Shown here piece by piece: positions 57,128 to 61,582 of a DNA stretch of 61,582 bases. This DNA comes from a virus (Duplodnaviria; Caudoviricetes). The notes beneath the pieces were generated by a model that saw only the letters and a program-made list of their open reading frames with translations, had not been told where the DNA came from and searched no databases. The DNA lies in IMG/VR virus record IMGVR_UViG_3300028393_000068, positions 1 through 61,582 of that record, one strand, 5' to 3'. Positions within the stretch are counted from its first letter, which is position 1. Each line of letters opens with the position of its first letter. A program made the translations under genes and the position numbers.

Positions 57128-57325
57128 TTAATTGTTTGTCTTTGTTGCGTTAGACACGAAGTAGTCGAAGACCTGATACGCCAAGCCGTACGCCCCGCAG
57201 GTGTACATGGCCAGCCAGATGTATCCGACACCTACCTCCGTCATCATCGTGAACCCCATGTAAATCATCGCCATGCACATAGCGGTGAAGATGAGGGTTG
57301 CTGCTTTCTCTGTGATTGTTTTCAT
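57128..57325 (-). CDS. Small two-TM membrane protein
   Basis: Two hydrophobic helices; SD AAGGA. Confidence 0.65.
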   Translation of the reverse strand: MKTITEKAATLIFTAMCMAMIYMGFTMMTEVGVGYIWLAMYTCGAYGLAYQVFDYFVSNATKTNN

Positions 57326-57347
57326 TTCATTTCCTTAAGTTGCAAGT

Positions 57348-57391
57348 GCCGAGGGAACCGCCTCGGCTTCGGTTTCGGGTCACAGTGACCC
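57348..57391. repeat. Hairpin GCCGAGG/CCTCGGC plus palindrome GGGTCACAGTGACCC
   Basis: The palindrome abuts the stop codon of gene 57392. Confidence 0.75.
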
Positions 57392-58231
57392 TCATTCTGT
57401 TTCGGGATACATCCCATGCCATGTCGGTGGTACGAAGTCGTTGGGTTTCAACTCATCCATCCACCGCAGGGCTTGCTTAATCTTTCGCACTGTTTGTAAG
57501 TGCTTGTCTGTTGGGTCGATCTCTTGTGCCTGCTGTGCATTGACGAGTTCGTTTTCTGTACGTAGTTTTAATCTCTCGATCTTGGATGCCCGCGCCTTGC
57601 TCTCTTGAGGCGGTCTGCTCAGGCGTTGAAAAGGTAGCTTGCGTTTCATACGCGGCATCGTAGGGATAAGCTCAAACAATTCGCTTACCTCTTGCCTCTG
57701 AGTTCGTGGAACCCAGTCAGTCCAGTGCGACCCGTTGTTGGGTATGGCCTTGGGGTTTCTGCGTTGTACCCATGCCGAGAACTGTGATGGTGTCATGCGA
57801 TGGCCACGCTCGGGCTCAACGATCTCGCCGTCATCGTTCACATAGGTTGTCATGTAATTAGTTTTAATCTTGTGCTCAAGGCGTTGGAGTACCTCGATGT
57901 ATTTGTCGAACGCTTGGTCACGTTCGGGTGTTGGGTTGGTGCTTTTGTACTTGCGACCAACGATGGCGTTGGTTAACTCATACTTTAGATCACGCAACAG
58001 GTCACGCCATAAAGCATCGAACTGCTTGTTGCGTAGCTTGCTCGACTTCATTTCTGTTTTCTTTTTGAGCAAGTAATCCCTGCGCTCGGTTCGAATGTCG
58101 GGGTTCAAAATAGTTTTAATCAGGTAGTTCTGAAGTTGCTTGGGGGTCAGCTTGAGTTGTTGTGCCTCGCTCAAAGGGTTACGCATGAGCTTGAGGTCAA
58201 GATGTGTCGAGATTAAATCTATATTTTCCAT
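57392..58231 (-). CDS. Hypothetical early protein
   Basis: Long ORF; SD AGGA before ATG 58231; HWTDWVP. Confidence 0.7.
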   Translation of the reverse strand: MENIDLISTHLDLKLMRNPLSEAQQLKLTPKQLQNYLIKTILNPDIRTERRDYLLKKKTEMKSSKLRNKQFDALWRDLLRDLKYELTNAIVGRKYKSTNPTPERDQAFDKYIEVLQRLEHKIKTNYMTTYVNDDGEIVEPERGHRMTPSQFSAWVQRRNPKAIPNNGSHWTDWVPRTQRQEVSELFELIPTMPRMKRKLPFQRLSRPPQESKARASKIERLKLRTENELVNAQQAQEIDPTDKHLQTVRKIKQALRWMDELKPNDFVPPTWHGMYPETE

Positions 58232-58305
58232 GATCTGTCCTAGATTAAACGAGTATCCATTGTGTCGGTACAACGGGAGGCAACGCCAGTGCTAGTATAC
58301 ACGAG

Positions 58306-58453
58306 AACTGTCCTCGGTATCTATCCTTTTCGAAAAGAACTAAAGCTAAAGCCTGAGAGCAGGGGATGTCGAGCTTGCAAAAATTTACACGCATATACAA
58401 ACACACTCCTATATATATAAATATATTTAAAAAGATAGATATAGAGGACAGTT
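58306..58453. other. Candidate replication origin
   Basis: 20-bp inverted repeat (18/20) enclosing an AT-only tract at 58410-58433. Confidence 0.5.
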
Positions 58454-58514
58454 TTTGCAGACGCAAGCAATGGCGCGGGGTTGCGCTGTACTCGGACTTT
58501 GGATAGCTGTTTAA

Positions 58515-58709
58515 TCATGGATAGGTAGGTAAATTGTAGACTAAAGCTGTTTGGGCGACATTCGGGTCTTTGTGACCCGATTCCACGAGGTGCAAGGTCT
58601 TCTCTCTGCGCTGATCGAGGGCGATCTTGACCATGTATTGTGGGCGTTGCACCTCACGCCATCTTGCGAGGGCGATGTTCTTGGGGGAGAGTTCGGGGAA
58701 GAGTGGCAT
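58515..58709 (-). CDS. Hypothetical early protein
   Basis: SD GGAG; TAATG overlap. Confidence 0.5.
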   Translation of the reverse strand: MPLFPELSPKNIALARWREVQRPQYMVKIALDQRREKTLHLVESGHKDPNVAQTALVYNLPTYP

Positions 58710-58834
58710 TATGTTCTCCGCTTTGATGTAATGGGGTTGATACCTGCTTTGATGACTGCGTAGAAGGTGACTTCACGCATGGGCTGGAAGCCCTTGGATT
58801 TTGCGTACGCGAGGTACTCTGTGTAGGTTGGCAT
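58709..58834 (-). CDS. 41-aa protein (not in ORF track)
   Basis: MPTYTEYLAYAKSKGFQPMREVTFYAVIKAGINP; SD AAGGAG. Confidence 0.6.
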   Translation of the reverse strand: MPTYTEYLAYAKSKGFQPMREVTFYAVIKAGINPITSKRRT

Positions 58835-58871
58835 GATTAAAACTCCTTTTGGTTAGACAAGATACGAAACA

Positions 58872-58927
58872 CCGAGAGAAGCTCTTTCTCTCGGGCTCGC
58901 AGAAAAAATCGGGTCACAGTGACCCGA
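58872..58927. repeat. Hairpin CCGAGAGAA/TTCTCTCGG plus palindrome TCGGGTCACAGTGACCCGA
   Basis: Same arrangement as 57348-57391. Confidence 0.75.
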
Positions 58928-58930
58928 AAA

Positions 58931-59320
58931 TCATGCAACGAGAACCGCCAAGGCTTTGCGTTGCTGTGCAGGGGTGAGTTTGCCAAAGGCTTCGATGATT
59001 TTCGCAACAGGGTCAAGCGGTTCTTTCTTTGCGCTCGATGCTCTACGGGTTGTCCCCTCGATCATGTGCATCATGTCACGCACCACAGTCTTCGTGGTTT
59101 CATACTTGGGGTGCTTCGTGATGAGTGACACCTTACCCGTGACATCGTGCACCTTGTACCCCGCCTTACCCGCCTTCGTCTTACCGCATGCCCACTCAAT
59201 GACGATGGGTCTGCATGCTTCGACTGTGGTGTAACCCGCATCTTGCATGTCTTGGATGAGTTTCACACGGGAACCAGCGAATGTGTCAAGTGCTGTAAAT
59301 GCGTTTGCTTTGTTTGTCAT
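58931..59320 (-). CDS. First gene of the leftward arm, hypothetical
   Basis: SD AAGGAG; 129 aa. Confidence 0.7.
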   Translation of the reverse strand: MTNKANAFTALDTFAGSRVKLIQDMQDAGYTTVEACRPIVIEWACGKTKAGKAGYKVHDVTGKVSLITKHPKYETTKTVVRDMMHMIEGTTRRASSAKKEPLDPVAKIIEAFGKLTPAQQRKALAVLVA

Positions 59321-59624
59321 GTTGTTTCTCCTTGAGGTTGATTGAATTGCCTAGGGCTGACTACCTTAGACAACTTCTATTGTGCATACACCCCATTTTG
59401 ATAGGCATCGAGAGCCTTTTTCGGGGCATTTTCGGGTCACTTTGACCCTGTTTTGGGGTGTTTTTGGCGGTATTCGACCCCCACCCACCCCCCACCACCA
59501 CAAATAGACCATGGCCCCTGCTGCCACATACGAACACTGTTCCATAACCGCAAAACAAACTTTGTAAAACCTTAGTACTAATTACCCCTAATCCAAAAAT
59601 TTTATAAAAATTTAGAAATACCCG

Positions 59625-59640
59625 TGTCTAACGTTAGACT
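59625..59640. promoter_or_regulatory. Operator-like palindrome GTCTAACGTTAGAC
   Basis: Perfect 14-bp palindrome of the TGTCTAA family. Confidence 0.6.
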
Positions 59641-59657
59641 CTCCATCTGTACAGACG

Positions 59658-59690
59658 AAAAAAAGCCCCACCAGCGTCAACCGGTGGGGC
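59658..59690 (-). terminator. Leftward Rho-independent terminator
   Basis: GCCCCACCGG-TTGACG-CTGGTGGGGC-TTTTTTT on the minus strand. Confidence 0.85.
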
Positions 59691-59743
59691 AAAGATGGCA
59701 ACTGAAACCATCAAGGAGAAAGCAAGCGCTTGCGCACCCACTC
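59658..59743 (-). ncRNA. Candidate trans-acting anti-RBS sRNA (~86 nt)
   Basis: Promoter TTGAAC-N17-TACACT, GCAA-tetraloop hairpin, CU-rich seed, second hairpin, 10-bp terminator and U7. Confidence 0.65.
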
Positions 59744-59749
59744 GATTTA

Positions 59750-59778
59750 AGTGTACATTATCTACATCGCAGGTTCAA
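59750..59778 (-). promoter_or_regulatory. Sigma70 promoter of the candidate sRNA
   Basis: -35 TTGAAC (59778-59773), 17-bp spacer, -10 TACACT (59755-59750). Confidence 0.6.
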
Positions 59779-59784
59779 GGGCTT

Positions 59785-60369
59785 ATGCGCAGAATGTTAG
59801 ACCATTTAATCAATTTCGAACCCGAAGTGCACGATCACTTAGGCGACTTCGTCCCTATGGATAAGACAGATCCGGCGGATGCCGTGGACGGAATGTCTAA
59901 TACTGTAGACTGGCTCAAAGAGTTAGGCGCTGTGGACACAGATACTTTGGTCAATGAGGCGCAAAGCCAAGCAGCACGTACTGCTTTCACCAACATCGTC
60001 ACCGCCAAACCTGCGGAAATGACGCATACCTCTCTGGCAAATATCAAAACGCCAGAAGCAGTCCAAAGATTAGTTGGTATGCTTTCCGCCTATGACTGGG
60101 AATTTGTACAGCAAGCCAAAGAGATTAGAGGCTATACAGTAGCCAAGCTGGTGGAAGAGACTGAGCACCCCAACGCCAACATCCGACTCAAAGCGCTAGG
60201 GTTGCTGGGTAAAGTGACAGAAGTGGGCTTGTTCACAGAGAAGATTGAAGTCAAGAAGACGGAGATGTCAGACGTTGAGCTTGAGAATCGTATTAAAGAA
60301 AAGCTTAATAGGTTCATGGGTGTTATAGATGTCATTGACGTGAGTAAAGAAAATTCCGATGAAGCGTGA
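59785..60369 (+). CDS. Putative terminase small subunit
   Basis: Directly upstream of and overlapping terL; RLKALGLLGK, MSDVELE; start likely 59785 or 59794 rather than 59695. Confidence 0.6.
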   Translation: MRRMLDHLINFEPEVHDHLGDFVPMDKTDPADAVDGMSNTVDWLKELGAVDTDTLVNEAQSQAARTAFTNIVTAKPAEMTHTSLANIKTPEAVQRLVGMLSAYDWEFVQQAKEIRGYTVAKLVEETEHPNANIRLKALGLLGKVTEVGLFTEKIEVKKTEMSDVELENRIKEKLNRFMGVIDVIDVSKENSDEA

Positions 60370-61582
60370 CGAATTTACAACACTTAGTAAGATTGAGCTT
60401 GAGGCCATGCAGAAGGCTTTGCCTTACATGACCGTGCAAGAAAAGATGGAGTTGTTTGACGACTTGGAGCTTAGAGAGAAACGCGCCAGTTTAAAAGCAG
60501 CCAGTACCAATATGCTTGGGTTTGCGCAGGCGGTGTACCCCGGATTTAAAGTTGGCCCCCATCATAAGAAGCTTGCCAGAATTTTTACTGACGTGGTCGA
60601 GGGCAGGAAGAAGCGCGTGATTATTAACATCGCGCCTCGTATGGGTAAGTCTGAGTTTTCGTCTTACTTGTTTCCTGCGTACTTCCTAGGTAAATACCCT
60701 GAGAAGAAAATCATCATGGGCACGCACACTGCAGGTCTGTCTGAAGACTTTGGCAGGCGCATACGTAACTTGATTGACTCTGATGAATACCGTGATGTTT
60801 TCCCCCAAACAATGGTTGCTGATGACCAAAAAGCTGCAGGAAAATGGAGTACCTCTGCAGGAGGCCAGTATTACGCCGCAGGCGTGGGCGGTGCTCTTGC
60901 TGGTCGTGGTGCTGATCTGTTCGTTATTGACGACCCACACTCGGAACAGGACGTAAAGTCCAACAGCCGCCTAGCTTTTGACACAGCTTGGTCTTGGTTC
61001 CAGACAGGCCCCTTGCAACGTTTGATGCCGGGTGGTGGGATTATCATTGTAATGACCCGTTGGTCGCTCCTAGACCTGACTGGGCGCCTAATTGACTACC
61101 AAACCAAGAACCCAGAAGCCATTCCATGGGAGATTGTGGAGTTGCCAGCCATTTTGAACGATGGGGAAGAAGACGAGAAGTCCCTATGGCCAGAGCAGTG
61201 GTCACTGGAAGCGCTCAAATCCACAAAGGCCAGTATTGATCCAAGGTATTGGAACGCGCAGTACATGCAGCAGCCTACATCGGAGAACTCGGCCATCGTT
61301 TCACGCAAGATGTGGCGTATTTGGGAAGACGAAGAACCGCCAAAGTGTGAATACATCATCCAGTCGTGGGATACGGCGTTTGAAACCAAGAACACATCCG
61401 ACTATTCCGCCTGCACAACGTGGGGCATCTTCTACAATGAGGAAGAAAATGACTCGCCCCAACTTATCCTGCTCGACGCTTTTAAAGATCGTATGGCTTT
61501 CCCTGAGCTTAAGGTGGTGGCGCTTAAGCAATACAAAGAGTGGGAACCTGATGCGTTCATTGTGGAGAAAACAGCGTCCGGG
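60359..61582 (+). CDS. terL: Terminase large subunit, N-terminal ATPase part (513 aa across the junction)
   Basis: Translated by hand: INIAPRMGKSE (Walker A), GRGADLFVIDDPH (Walker B), MTRW, QSWDTAF. Confidence 0.93.
   Translation, partial: MKRDEFTTLSKIELEAMQKALPYMTVQEKMELFDDLELREKRASLKAASTNMLGFAQAVYPGFKVGPHHKKLARIFTDVVEGRKKRVIINIAPRMGKSEFSSYLFPAYFLGKYPEKKIIMGTHTAGLSEDFGRRIRNLIDSDEYRDVFPQTMVADDQKAAGKWSTSAGGQYYAAGVGGALAGRGADLFVIDDPHSEQDVKSNSRLAFDTAWSWFQTGPLQRLMPGGGIIIVMTRWSLLDLTGRLIDYQTKNPEAIPWEIVELPAILNDGEEDEKSLWPEQWSLEALKSTKASIDPRYWNAQYMQQPTSENSAIVSRKMWRIWEDEEPPKCEYIIQSWDTAFETKNTSDYSACTTWGIFYNEEENDSPQLILLDAFKDRMAFPELKVVALKQYKEWEPDAFIVEKTASG
61446..61582. repeat. Terminal direct repeat (assembly overlap), copy 2
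   Basis: Matches 1-137 with one mismatch. Confidence 0.95.

Noticed and set aside
54199-59448. Palindromes as a CRISPR array or integron attC sites
   Set aside because: Spacing is irregular and gene-sized, the repeats are only 15-19 bp, and there are no attC R-boxes or integrase.
59695-59784. N-terminal extension of terS from ATG 59695, or a 6-codon uORF from TTG 59730
   Set aside because: ATG 59695 has no SD and sits in a hairpin. The SD-like AAGGAG is about 11 nt from the TTG. The region is better explained as the antisense sRNA unit, though a uORF is not excluded.

Overview
The window is an apparently complete, circularly permuted dsDNA phage genome of about 61,445 bp. A 137-bp end overlap splits the large terminase gene across the ends. 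The gene set is podovirus-like, and a freshwater proteobacterial host is likely (inference). The rightward arm (59.8 kb, wrapping to 39.1 kb) encodes terminases, a P22-type portal, GroES, scaffold, a Mu gpT-like capsid, small basic proteins, tail proteins, four polyglycine adhesin-like genes, a lysis cassette and four ejection proteins. The leftward arm (59.3 to 39.1 kb) carries early genes plus PolA, an exonuclease, an SNF2 helicase, an SSB-like protein and a primase-helicase. No integrase, tRNA or CRISPR array was seen. The best candidate for a new system is an unannotated ~86-nt leftward sRNA (59743-59658) with its own sigma70 promoter and terminator. Its unpaired CU-rich seed is complementary to an extended ribosome-binding site (AAGGAGAAA[GC]) shared by about 14 leftward genes, which suggests a multi-target anti-RBS switch. 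Other candidates are a kissing-loop RNA at 8017-8089, two families of palindromic sites, a probable origin, a recurrent [MFYL]xxGG motif in virion proteins, and a paired adhesin array. All product calls come from motif recognition by eye; no searches were run.
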